From assembly GCA_964035545.1 (NCBI GenBank), contig OZ037768.1, positions 16,041,875 through 16,105,874 of the forward strand: DNA of 64,000 nucleotides, written 5' to 3'. The notes below the pieces were generated by a model. That model had not been told where the DNA came from and searched no databases. It saw only the letters and a list, made by a program, of their open reading frames with translations. Made by a program: the position numbers and the translations under genes. The stretch is from Bugula neritina (taxonomy: Eukaryota > Animalia > Bryozoa). Numbering within the stretch: position 1 is the stretch's first letter; every line of letters begins with the position of its first letter. Below, piece by piece: positions 43,360 through 60,027 of the stretch.

Positions 43360-43829
43360 AAGTTAAACTATGATTTGATTGGATATAAATACAGAAAAAT
43401 CGGTCTGTGATAGGCTGTTCTTCCAACATTGTTCCAGGTCACCACAAAGATACAGCAACTAGCCAAATGAACTTTCATTAGCTGCCTGTATTATATGTTA
43501 CAAAATATGTTTTGTTTATTGATCTTGAGTTGAGTTTTGATGCTCCAGTATTCTCATAAACTTTTAGCCTGTTGTTGCCAAGTAATAATGTGTTACCATA
43601 TCAGCTTTCGGAACTTTGACCGGTCTTGATTAAAGTTCAACCAACAGTCAGCTCTACTAGAAGTGGCTAAAAGTATCGTTTTGAAAAGCAAACTCAATGA
43701 TAATTAGTAACACCACGTTTGAATAGTATCTGAGTATATCTCAACTACAATATTAAATGTGCATACTTCAAGCATAGGGTTAAACGAGCATTTTACTGTA
43801 GTGCCTAACTAAACAGCTGTACAAGTACG

Positions 43830-44037
43830 GTGTCTGGTAGCAAAGGCACAGGTAAAAGTGGGGAAAGTCGGTAAAAGTGGCAAATTTTCAATATTAGGGT
43901 TTGGAATGGGGTTGGGTGTTTGACTTTGGGGTTTGGGAAAATTTAAGATCAGTGTGCCATTTTTTCCTACTTTTCCATTTGTGCCCTTATTACCAGTGCC
44001 CTTATTAGCCTACCAGTGCCTTTATTATCTTAAATCA
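43830..44037. repeat. Short palindromic interspersed repeat (GGTAAAAGTGGC / GCCATTTTTACC subrepeats)
   Basis: Inverted subrepeats surround a GGGTTTGG core; the right half is similar to 11100-11225 inside the hAT element. Confidence 0.7.
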
Positions 44038-45641
44038 TACAAGTACAAGTCAGCTCATAGAAAACGAGAGTTGCTAATATGAATACAAAGTAGACAGGTT
44101 ACGTAAACTGGGTATAATCTACCATGACATGCTTGAAGCTAGCTTTCAAATAACCATAATTACACACTGGGAAGAGTTCAACAGCTTTATGATCTTCTGC
44201 ATACCGTAAAAGTGGCAGCTAGTAATTTTTGTTTTCAGCGCTTTTTGTTACTTGAGAGCTGTTAATTATATGTTATCAAATGTAAGCTATTTAGCTGTAG
44301 GTCATCTTAATAATTATAATGCAATTTTAGAACTTAGATGGAGAAATTTCGAAAAATTGAATGGTTTTATTTACAGTCTTGACCGAGTCAATTAACACAT
44401 TTCTTTTTAAACATATTCAGCACTAAGTATTGGATCACATCTTTGCTCTGAGGCTTGCAATAGTGTCAGTTCACATGTTGATAAGTAGAAGCTACAAAGT
44501 TTATGGGAATGCTTTATTTCTGTTTTTACTAGTAATTGGGAGGTAGTGTCTCTAAAAATAGACAATCTACCTTTGCTCCATCACATCTGGAAACAATCTC
44601 CTTTTCCAATTCATTCATAGACTTACTAAATCTATTAAGTAGGTTTTACATTGAGGAAAATGCAGAAATTAAGCACCCGATCATCAAACTTGATAGAAAA
44701 TCTTTCTAAAAACACGTAAATCAAAGATTAACCTTTAACTATTTCCCTTATATGTCTGTCTGGGATGTATTTCAGTCTATATTTAGTTCAAATACTTCTC
44801 TAATACAGCTTATAGCTGGCATAATCTTCTTCTAAGTCATCTTTGAATTAGGGTTATAGAACTGTTATCTAAGGATTTAGCCTCTACAATTTTGTCATAG
44901 CCACATACAATTGTTTATACTGATATGATAGACAATGAAGCTGATTAGATCATTGCACTGAATGCCTTTTGATGATTCTTATATGAAAACAAGAATTGCT
45001 ATGCTATCAACTTATCAACTGCTAAATTGTTTCCCCATCAGCTATCAGCTTGTGAAACGAAGCAACAGCTAGCTTAAAGTTTATTTTGTGTGTTGAAAAA
45101 ACTCCTATGCTGTCAGTGTAATGTTCTGGTAACACTAGCATGGTTACATGTCAGCGCATGCTCTATGCTTTTAAATACATTATAGAGCAGTTATGTTTTA
45201 CCATAGTTTACTCTATAGTCTTTGTCTGTAGTTTTCACAATTTTACTTGTTTTCATAGTCACCCTGCTTCTCTTAGCATCCACTTTCATCCTCAAGGCCA
45301 CAATGACAACACACATGAAGGGCTTTTGTTTAACAAAGAACCAAAGACTTATCTTTTCTTTCTTTATTAAACCAGCAATTGGAAAGGGCACCGTAGCTTA
45401 AAGACCTCAAGTTGCTGGTCCAGAAAACAGTGGGGGCTGGTTTAGCATGCCTCGTATTGTGCAGGGGTAGAAGTTCTAATAATATATTATGTACAATGTT
45501 TTAATTTTTTAACAACAGTATAATGTGGAAAAGGTGGGAGATGTACACATGCATGTCTTGGACAGCGCATGTGTCTTGAAAATGTACACATTGATACACA
45601 TCTATATTTTTATCCTAAAATCAAAAATGAATAATATAATA

Positions 45642-46976
45642 GGGGTAACGGGGGGGGGGGGGGGGCACAACGGTCATAGGGGTACAAAAAGCCGGCCAAA
45701 TTGTGAGAGAACTTATTGACTTAGAGTTGTGATTTTTTTTTCATAAAAAGATATTGACATAATTATTCAGCTTTTGTAGTTTCAACACTCGCGGAACATG
45801 CGTGTTGAAAAGGCGAATGAAAAACTGTTTTTACCTACTTTTTGTAAATTTTTTAGGACGTCGTTAAAGCCTCATAACTTTTTACGCTCAAAGGCAAGAA
45901 GCCTAGATTTTACTAATATTGTTGCCATTGCTTGTCTCTACAATGCTTAACTAGTATAACAGCAAACACTAAAATAAATTTTCCTTGAGGCACATTTATT
46001 CTCAATTTGGCCACACGGGGCACAATGGGCCACGCTGACCGGGGCACAATGGGCCACCTGATTATTGCACCCTGATCACTGTTATTAGTTTGTTTGCCTA
46101 AAAAGTTGGTTGAACTGTGACTAAAACCTATAGATATAGCCATTTCTGACCTTTTTGTAAAATATCAAAGACATCATGGTAAGACTACAAAACTACAAGT
46201 TGAAGCTCCCCTAATATATACATCTGGTGAGGTTAAAGCTTTGCAATTTTATACATAATACAAAACACTCTGCTGTTGCTACTAGTAGACAGTCATGATA
46301 ATCATTATATATTACACCATTGAGGGAATATACATGTATTTGACTGAAATAAATTGTGATTTGCTCATTTGCTTCCCCTCTCCTTTCCGTACTCCAGTCA
46401 CAAACCTCAGCCATGCATGCACCTTAGCTACAGTTCATAGAAAAAAGTCTACTCGGGTTTTTGTAGTACACGTTACTAAAGTTTTTTTTGGATAAATGTT
46501 GCTCTGAAGTGAAAATAACAGAACATTTTTAGTTCTAAACAGTAATGATAATGGCACTGCAGAGCCGAGTGACGTGCGTTTGATTTTGCCTTTCTCTGCT
46601 AACCGTAGTAACACAAACTGTACAGCTAAAACATGAATTTTGCTGCAGATCTGAAAGAGAATCTTTATTTATTTGTAATATTAAATAAATAAAGATCAGA
46701 TGTAACAAAATATACGCAAAATTTCAATATATTTGTTGTGTCCCATTGTACCCCGGTACCGGGGCACAATGGGCCAATTTTTTTGTCGTGAACATTTCAT
46801 TATTCTGAAAGTTGTGAGGGAGATAGAAACAACAAACTGATACCTGTAATAGACAACATATGCAGCATTAAGACTAGAGATTATTGAACTAGTAACTTGA
46901 AAAACAGACAAATGAGAGCAACAAATGCAAAATTCGGCCCGTTGTGCCCCCCCCCCCCCCCCCCCCCCGTTACCCC
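45642..46976. mobile_element. Non-autonomous TA-flanked DNA transposon (Tc1/mariner, pogo-like) with homopolymer-containing TIRs
   Basis: TA|GGGGTAAC(G)16CACAACGG ... CCGTTGTG(C)22GTTACCCC|TA; internal GGGGCACAATGGGCC motifs at about 46017, 46041 and 46761. Confidence 0.8.
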
Positions 46977-49900
46977 TACATATCTGAACATAGCTAAGTT
47001 TCTCTTATCATTCATATTAGTTCAGCTTGTGAGGTTCCAGGGTGATTTTTTGCTTCTTTGGAAACTGTAGCTTATAATCTCCAATCACTAAAAGTTGTCC
47101 AATTTAATTTTGATCTTAAACTCTCAGGGTTGCCCACCTATGCTCTAAACCAGAGCTGCTTCTTATTATAAAAACATGTAATTTTTCTGTTTCATTCCAA
47201 GGGCTTTATACTTTAGCTAAATATTATCCTCTATTGCGATGTTGAGTTTGTTGGAGGTGGTGCTGGTGCAAGTGGACGAATCATTATACTAATTGGTAAC
47301 AAAGTATATCATATAATGGAATTGAAAAAGCTTTTTCTCAGCAGCCTTCAATAAATGATCTATAAATCACCAACTCCTGCACACTGTATATAAAGAGAAC
47401 CTAATCTAGAGACTGGAAGCATGATTAAACCAACTGCTAGAAGATTAGGCCTGGTGGCTGTATAACAGGTAGTATAGGTGTTGCATGTTGCTCCTAGTGT
47501 AATGTGTGATTAGTATTAGTAAACACCCGTTAGTCCATGAAAGACTGGTACATCTTTGCACATTTCATTTGTCCCAGCTTTGTTTATTGAGAACTACAGG
47601 CATGATTCAGCTAAAACCCTTAAACTAACTGATAAGCTGTATGACATACTAGATCTCAATTAGCACAGCTATTGAGTAACAATGTGACATCAATTGCAGC
47701 AAAAAAGATTAGTTAATAATTGGGCTGTTTTCAACAGGTTACAGACACCTGCTTTCTATCGAGTTTCAACTTATCAATAAACATTATATATGTTGCTTCT
47801 ATTTAGGCTGCTTTTGTAATATCTTAAGAAACTATTACTCATCCTCATTACCTCAGAAGATCTGTTTTCATATAGGTTAGCTAACTCTTAGCGTTGAATC
47901 AATTATTCTTACAACAGGCTCAAAGTGGTTTTAATTTAGCTTCAGTTACTAAGAAAAGATCATCAACTAAAAAACAGAACAGCTAATAGAGAAGTTTTTA
48001 CGTCTACAAGATTTGTAGTAATGACTACTCAATTCTATACTCAGTACTATAAAGTCACTATGTTTGGTTGAATGTGGCCAAATTGAAACCTTTTCTAGAA
48101 ATACGCCTTCTTTTTTCAAAAGTTTTCCCATGAATTGCTGAAATTGCCAACAGAATAAAGACTATGCAAGCTGCTTACTCTGTAGTATGCATTCCTTCAT
48201 CTAAAAAGCCATGAGACAAACAGGAAATTACATCGACGGCACAGTTTTGCTGTTTCTGCTAACCCTGTAGGTCATAATAACAAGAGATAGACATAGCCAG
48301 CAAGTTGTTGACATCACTATAGTGTTCTTTTACCAGTATTGGCATGCCACGAATATTATTGCATACTTTTGCTTCATGTTATTATATAAATGAGTAGGAA
48401 TTGTGTAATTTCCTCCCATCACTATTTGATACTGACTACCACTACCTGTATCACTGTAGCTTTGAGTCATTAACACAGCTTTACTGCTATGTTACATTTA
48501 AATGTACCTGGGTTGGTCACTTGGATATTAAGGCCTAATTCTCTGATATAAATGACATGCACCAACTGTTAGAAGATGATATGATACACCATTTACTACA
48601 TTGGCAAGTATGTCATGGCATTATTAACATGACTACTAGGAATGCAGAGTCTTGTTTCAATAGATGCTATCTACTCCTTGATAAAAGTGTTACCTTATTA
48701 ACTATTTCCCATATATTTGTAAAAAGCCGCTGCTTTTCCTGGCTGCCAACTTATTATTCAAAACTGAAATCAAATAATACTTTTTGCATCTATCAGGAAG
48801 CAGAAAAACAAAGTGAACCATTATGAAGAGCTGTGAAAGCAGTCAGGAAATAGGAGTCCTGAGAAACAAAGAAGTAAGAACAAAGGGTCAAACAAAGGAC
48901 TGGAAATGAATTAATCAAGCTGGAATTTGATGCACGGCCTGCATAATAATATTTACTACAATGACCAGTGGCAGATGCGTAGGCTATTGCAGTGTAGATT
49001 GCTGCAGTGGTGGATAGCCTGAGTGAACATCAAACTCACTGACAGTGATGGTATTTAGCTAATCAGTGTTTTTAGAGAGGGAAGGGTTATAGTAAAATGA
49101 ATCTTCTAATTTAGAAGAGAATTCCAGAACATATTTTTATGTTTTAGTTTCACACATGCAGCTTATGTGAAACTTTAATTGAAATTTTACTCCTGAATCG
49201 CTACATGAAATATCCAGTGCACAAATTCTGTCAACTATATAACACATTTTGAGAGCAAGATAGCATTACTGGCCATGTGATACTTTGAAGTCATCATAAC
49301 TGCATAATCATTCGAGTAGTACTATGGGCTAATAATAGGCAGTCACGGGACAACCAGTTTCTAGTAACAAACACATCACGGGACTGCTAAGAAACCATCA
49401 TGGTTACCATCATTTTTTTCGCTAATAATCATGTAACAAACCTGCAATGAGTTGCACATTGCCTTTCCAAGCTAACTCATTATGCAAGCTTCAAAGGCAG
49501 TTTGCTTTAGTTCATTTGAACAAAGCTTGAAAGTTTGACTATTTTTGGAAATGCTGGCAATAAATGTTCATGAATGAAGAGTCAGTCCTGGCTTTTTGTC
49601 AGCTGCAGAAGGATGCCATGACCTTGTCATGTGTTTCAAGGACAGCAAAGACAATGTATGCTTGGCTAGATTATTTTCTTATTGTTACTGAATACTACTA
49701 ACTGCTGCTCAGTTATCAGCAGTTAGACTGTATATAATATACACTCACGGCCAACATAGGGGGACATTATTGGTCGGGTTTACTTATTGGGCAGATAACT
49801 TCTACATTTTCTGTTCCCTAAATGAGTAATGTTGTTTTAAATTTAAAACACATCATTAAGAAATTACAGCCAAAGATAAAAAAATGAGATTAAAACTTTA

Positions 49901-52061
49901 TACGAAGAAATATAACGGTTATAATAGTACTCTTTTTTAAGCTGGAGTCAGCAAGAACATGTTTAATATTATCTGCTTTATTATTTCACAAACACCAACT
50001 ATCAAGTATCAACAGTTGATCATCAGTTTAGGCTTAAATATGTAGAATATGTGTAGCTTATATAAATGCAAATGATTATCCGTCACTCAACATTTTTCTA
50101 GTCTATATTACTGTCCCATTTGTATACCCTAATTATTTATCTAAAGCAGAAAAATACAGCTCAAGATTACCAAAGCCTACTACCGGACATTGCCTGCATT
50201 ACTCAGCATGTTACCATTGGTCTCTTTACAGTCTATGTAATGGTTTGCTGGAACTTGTGCAGGTTAGTGACTGGTTCAGGATTTCCTTAAAGTGTTACCT
50301 ACTTAAACTCAGCTTGTAATACTTAATGATTTCTTTTTTAATCCTGCTTGAGAATGCAGTGACATTTTGCTGTAGGCCATTACACTTGTGTACTTCTTTT
50401 TGTGATTTTGCTTTATAATAATGTATTCTTTGTTTGTGTTGAAAGAAAATAAACTCATTTTAATGATTTATGCAGTAATTTTTGTTCTGATCAATTATTG
50501 CTTGAATAAATTACTAAATACATCTTTTATAGTTTAAAGTGGGAAATCAAAGTTTGAAAACTATAGCCTTTATTGGTACAGCAACAGCAGTACTCGAAGG
50601 GTGGAACCTTAAGATTGACTTCATTACATTACACACATAAAGCTGTCACTTGACTTGGAAATATCTCAGCACAAAATTCTATATAGTGAACCATTAACAA
50701 AGCATAAAGTTGATAGTCTAATTATTGTAAATGTTGTATTTAAAAAACTTTGAAGTATCTTTCACTCATCGTTCAGAAGCTTTGAAGCAATTAAAGTCCT
50801 GCTACATCTATCCATGCATTCAGCGGACACTTGATGTATGTAATTCCCGGTCTTTGAGAATAAGTTGCTAGCATGGAATAGTTGTTAACATATATGACCA
50901 AATTTATGCAGTATACAAATTATTACCTTAGGGAAAAGACACTTTATTTAATATATTTTAAAGGAGAAAGAAATCTGTAGGGTTTGTATATTTTTGTGAA
51001 AAAGCATGTTTTTAAAAGAGTTTTGCACAACCAAACTTCACCTAATTATTATCATAAATTTTTACTGTATATCCTTAGCCATTTAACCAAAAGGTTTGGG
51101 AGTAGTTTTTACTGATATCACCTTCCCATCAACTTAAGGGCGTGTGCTTCACTCTATATCTATTGATTTTCCAGTCAGGTTTTTTTCTTTGGATTGCTGC
51201 TAATACTTTTCCTTCACAATATATTATGTTGCTAACTAATATAGAATAGCTAATTCACTCTAATGCATGCTACACTACAACCTCATGGTGACATTATATA
51301 ACCTTTACTCTAATAGCATTCTTTATAATTTATTGCAATTTTACTGTTGAAAGTTTCTACTTTTTAAACTTGGCATATAAAACAAGAAACTTTTCATCTT
51401 CCCTTCTTCAATTCTGTCACAATCAATAAATAATTCAATATGATTTAGTTACAACCTTCCATTATTATAAGTTATAACATCTACCAAAGATGGTAATTAT
51501 GAAAATTATAGTATAGCACAGTACTTGTGGTATATTATTGTCACTGAAGAAACGCCTTTTTTCTATTAACGCACGCATGGCAACATAATTATACTATGTA
51601 ATTTATACATCAGCAATCAAAAGTCGACATGCAAGGGCTGTTGAAGCATGGCACGGCTCGTTGCATATATATGATTATAGACTTTCATTTATCATGATAA
51701 CAGGGCGGTATGCATAAGCCTACAAGAGATGCAGCTGCGGTTGCCTATGTATAATTTACCAACATATTTTAATAACATAACCTATGCACAGCAGCTGGGA
51801 AAGGTTCGGGTGGAGAATGCTACATGACTTTATTTTGTTTTGGAAATAACAAATGTATAAATGATTCTATCTTAAAGGAATACATACTAGTTGATGAGTG
51901 CAATTCTACACTCTTAGAGGTCTTATACTTGCTAATCACTACCTGAGGGATGTCCGTCAGTTACTGTCACACATATTTTATTTGAATCTAAGTGGAAGCG
52001 CTACTGTGGAATAAGAATGTTTCAATGGTATTTCTGAGATTGATGAGTCATTATTACCTAA

Positions 52062-52108
52062 TCTATCTACTGTAGCAGTTTCAGGATTTGTCCTCTCACC
52101 AGCATAGA
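52062..52108 (-). ncRNA. Degenerate minimal type-I hammerhead ribozyme motif (copy 2)
   Basis: Minus strand: TCTATG CTGGTGA GAGGACAAATCCT GAAA CTG CTA CAG TA GATAGA. The core has A6 changed to G and stem I has one mismatch. Confidence 0.6.
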
Positions 52109-54101
52109 ACTACTCAAAAGTAATTGATTGCATAATGGCTAATCATGGCAACACTAGAACTACATTTAGTCTCACAGTTTCCTTAGTGTGAGTTGAGAAG
52201 TTTGTAAAATTTTAGATTTCTGTAACTTCAATATTTCAAAAGATTTTTTGCAAGTTATTTATAGTGGTTCATTCAAAACTATTGCATTTCATACCAAACA
52301 TGTTGAATATGGGTTTTAAAATATATATCGCTAATCAAAAGCAGTTTATCTTTGTAGGTTAGAATAGATCACTTTACTAGCTTCCATCACGTGATGAGTC
52401 AATCTAGAAATAACCTCAATGCCTAATGCACATCTATAAGTTTATTGCTAGTGATTTATGTGAAATGCTTACTAACTTGTAGTAAATTAGCATCTAATGT
52501 AGTTAGCTTATCTCATCTAGGTAACAACAGACCTGGCCAGTCAGAAATAGTTTTTACAAACAAGTCTACAGTAGAGATACACACAAGACATCAGAGCGAC
52601 TTAGATTGTTTTAGAAAAACAAGTAAATTTGAAACCTTATACATGGAGTCTCTGATGCATGCAAAGCAAAGCTCTCAACTATACAGTTGGGGAAAAACAT
52701 TGTTATCAATTAATTATACACATGCAAAATTGATTGCAAATTTAGAGGCAGGCAAAAAAAAGGGGCTTGTGTAGTTTATTGCTACCTTTAAGTTATATTG
52801 GGAGTGGCAACCAAAACCATAGGTTAGCTTATTGGAATTCATGAAAACCTGAAAAAAAATATTTGAAGTAATACAGTATAAGAAAGATATGTCACTAAAG
52901 CAAAAAAGCAACTGAATTATTTTTATGATTCAGCACGAGATATTTACATGATCAGATATCTGTAAATCGTATTGATAACGCTCAATATCAAGTATCAATA
53001 ATTATTGCAAATTCCTTGATAAAATTGAAAAGTGTGACTAGGTTAGTATACAACTTTTCTGCACAAAGCTCATTAAGATAAAAGTCTTCATAATATAAAG
53101 TGTAGGTCATTCATCACCTTGTGTTCTATAAATGAACTGAATGAACTATATGGTCAAATTGAACATAGACATATGTAAGACATGTTGGCAGTGCAAAAGC
53201 AGTAGTCTTATATTTGTAAATAACATGGTTCAAGGTCACTGCATCATGAACAACATGTTATGTATGTAAGAATAGTTCACTTGAAATGGATGAATAGCCT
53301 ACTATAGCATAACAGCATGTAAACTAAACTTTATACTCAGCCCACTATCAGAATGTTGATTAAAACAGTTTCTTATTATACAAAATATCTTCAGGTTTTA
53401 AAATAAAATGGTCCAACCTTATTCTATGTTGAATAATGTACTCACTACTCAACATTTTGCTCTAAACTGTCAATTTTTAGGCAAACTAGCCATTAAATTA
53501 AATAACTGGAAATAATATAGCTATAATTTTTAACAGCATTAATAATGTTTTATTGATTTTTGTTTAAAATAAATCTGTTTCTGATATTAAATCTAGCTGA
53601 TGAATATATTAGCATATTTTATTGACTAACAGCATATATACTATATAGTATATCTTGATATTAAAGTCATAAATTAATGTAGCATCTTAGGCTGGCAGAG
53701 AATATTATTTTAGAGCAGTTTTTTGCATTACTTTCAATCTTAATATATGAAATGAAGTTTAATTTATTTATAGCTGTAAGTAGCCATTCTTACCCATACT
53801 TTCTCAATAATTAATATTAGCTCAGAAAAAGTTTTTGAAATGAAATCAATTGACTTGTTTAGAAAATGATGGTACTTTATTTATCTTGTTTAACATCTGT
53901 GACATAACGAGATACATTCTGAAAATATAAATTGAACTTTAGGTTACCTTATGGGTTGGTGACTTTCACAACGTAATATAACTGTTTTGTGCAGTGTCAT
54001 AATGTTGGTCAAATGTCCTGTAATTTGGGGTTATCCTCTTATAAACCAGCTTGCTAGCTATGCATATGTTATGTAGATTGTAGAAACTATAATATGGTTT
54101 T

Positions 54102-54246
54102 CAACGTCTCATCCTAGTGAAAGCCCCTAATGGGAAAGATTTATATATAATTGTGGCTAAAAATCAGTTATGACTGAATGGGGATTGCACCACTCACCTT
54201 GTGTTCACTAAACCAGCCCTCTAACTACTAGACCTTGACGGCTGGC
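54102..54246 (-). mobile_element. tRNA-derived SINE fragment
   Basis: The minus strand has an A-box-like GGTCTAGTAGTTAG and a B-box-like GGTGCAATCC at tRNA spacing, followed by GGATGAGACGTTGAAAACC, reminiscent of conserved SINE central domains. There is no complete cloverleaf. Confidence 0.5.
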
Positions 54247-54581
54247 TTTATATGAAAAATATCACAAAATAGTAATAAATTATTACAATCAAATATACCA
54301 GTCGCTGTATGCATAAATAGAAAATTTCATACACACACACAAATTTCTAAACTCAAAACAATAATAGCTAGGAGGAGAAAACTTTAGCAAGTAATAGCTT
54401 ATAGCGTAAAAGGGAAGAGAACTCTAGTTTGAGCATTGTGTTAGAAACTTTCCATTTTTATTTATTTTTATTTTGTAAAAGTTTTAGCAGTGTTAAATTA
54501 TATACTGCAGCTTGCTAAAACACTGAAAAATCTTCTTTATAGTTGAAACTAGCTTTAGCTTAGGCTAAGCTTGCTATGCTA

Positions 54582-54853
<272 letters not shown>

Positions 54854-54858
54854 CTCAA

Positions 54859-54905
54859 TCTGTGTACAGCAGCTGTTTCAGGATTTGTCCCCTCATCAAC
54901 ACAGA
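54859..54905 (-). ncRNA. Minimal type-I hammerhead ribozyme motif (copy 1), Penelope/retrozyme type
   Basis: Minus strand: TCTGTG TTGATGA GGGGACAAATCCT GAAA CAGC T GCTG TA CACAGA. It has a perfect 6-bp stem I, a core (C3U)UGAUGA/GAAA, a short stem II, a near-palindromic stem III and a GUA cleavage triplet. Confidence 0.7.
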
Positions 54906-55245
54906 GCAGAGTAGCATGGCCCACACCTTAGCAATAGTAGAAACTTATGTTTCTACTAAAGCATATTTAAAAGGTGTGTAAACTCAAGCCAGAGAGCTCA
55001 AGTGACTCTAGGAGTCACCTAGGAACCACGAGCCTCGCAAAATGCTAGCAGCTTCAGTTTGTGACTATGGTTAGAGTGCTCAATCACTTAATGTCATTGC
55101 TGAGCATAAAGTGAGAGCATTATAATATATATAGTACTTCTAATAATAAAATGAATATGCCCAGCATGATGTGTTTAATATATTTATTCATATTATGTAT
55201 GAATAAATGGTATATAAAGTTGTTATATTTTCTGTAGCTGGTCTC

Positions 55246-58878
<3,633 letters not shown>

Positions 58879-59436
58879 GATTCTCAATAATGGCTTACTT
58901 TCGTGTACGACTATTTGTGAAATGCAATAATGCTAAAATAAAAACCTTGCACACAAATTTTGAGCTGTATTCAAACTTTACTAAAATTAGTGTTTCATAA
59001 AAATTATTTTTAGCAAAAGAGTTTATGATTGTTGAACAAAATTGAGCCTCAAATTGGGTAAACATGAGCAATTGAAATTTTGCATGTTGTAGCTATGTCT
59101 AAAGTCTACAGCAAGACTGACAAATCTCCGCCTATGGGAGAAATATTTCATAATAATGTCTGAGTCTAGCCAAACATCCTTTAACAAAAGGAATGAAGTT
59201 TTATCTACATGCAGACATGCATGAAAGCGATACCTGGGCAACGTAACATAATGATACAAGCCACTTAACTATCTATAATCTCTTTAATTACAAATTAGCT
59301 CTTAGAGTGTAATCGTTTCACAAACTGTGTGCTTTACATTTGTGCAGTTCACTGTACGAAACTAGATAGTAGTGTGAGATTTTATTAAATAAAATATATA
59401 CATATCATACATATGACTCACAATCTGAAGCCCTAT

Positions 59437-59608
<172 letters not shown>

Positions 59609-60027
59609 TGCTGTCACAACTCCTATTGTAATAATACTAATGAAAATTAGAATAAGCGTAGCTTCTTGTTAGCATAAGTCTATCATAACAAGATTTATCA
59701 TAGGCACAGTTCAAATACACCTCACTATTATTCTTAAAATAACAGCTTCTACAGTGGCGATTTAATAACCCATGAATCTACTACAATACTTTGGTAACAT
59801 ATTAAACTGTATCTAAATAATACACTATACAATTAGTGAACATTTAACTTGGACCAAACAAACAATGGAAGTGAGTTCAACGTGATCAATTGTAGCAAAT
59901 ATTGCATAAAGTAAGGCAACCTAAACACAAAGTAGCGTGCAGTGCCAACAGTTAGTAGGTATTAGCTACGAAACAGCTCAGCCCTGAATGCTCACCAAAC
60001 AGGTTGCGAAACAAGACAGAATACATA

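Noticed and set aside
49740-50130. Tc1-like terminus TACACTCACGG
   Set aside because: No convincing matching inverted end was found.
47000-54000. Scattered exon-like fragments and short ORFs in the gene-poor interval
   Set aside because: I could not assemble a phase-consistent chain or recognise any domain; a lncRNA or highly divergent gene cannot be excluded.
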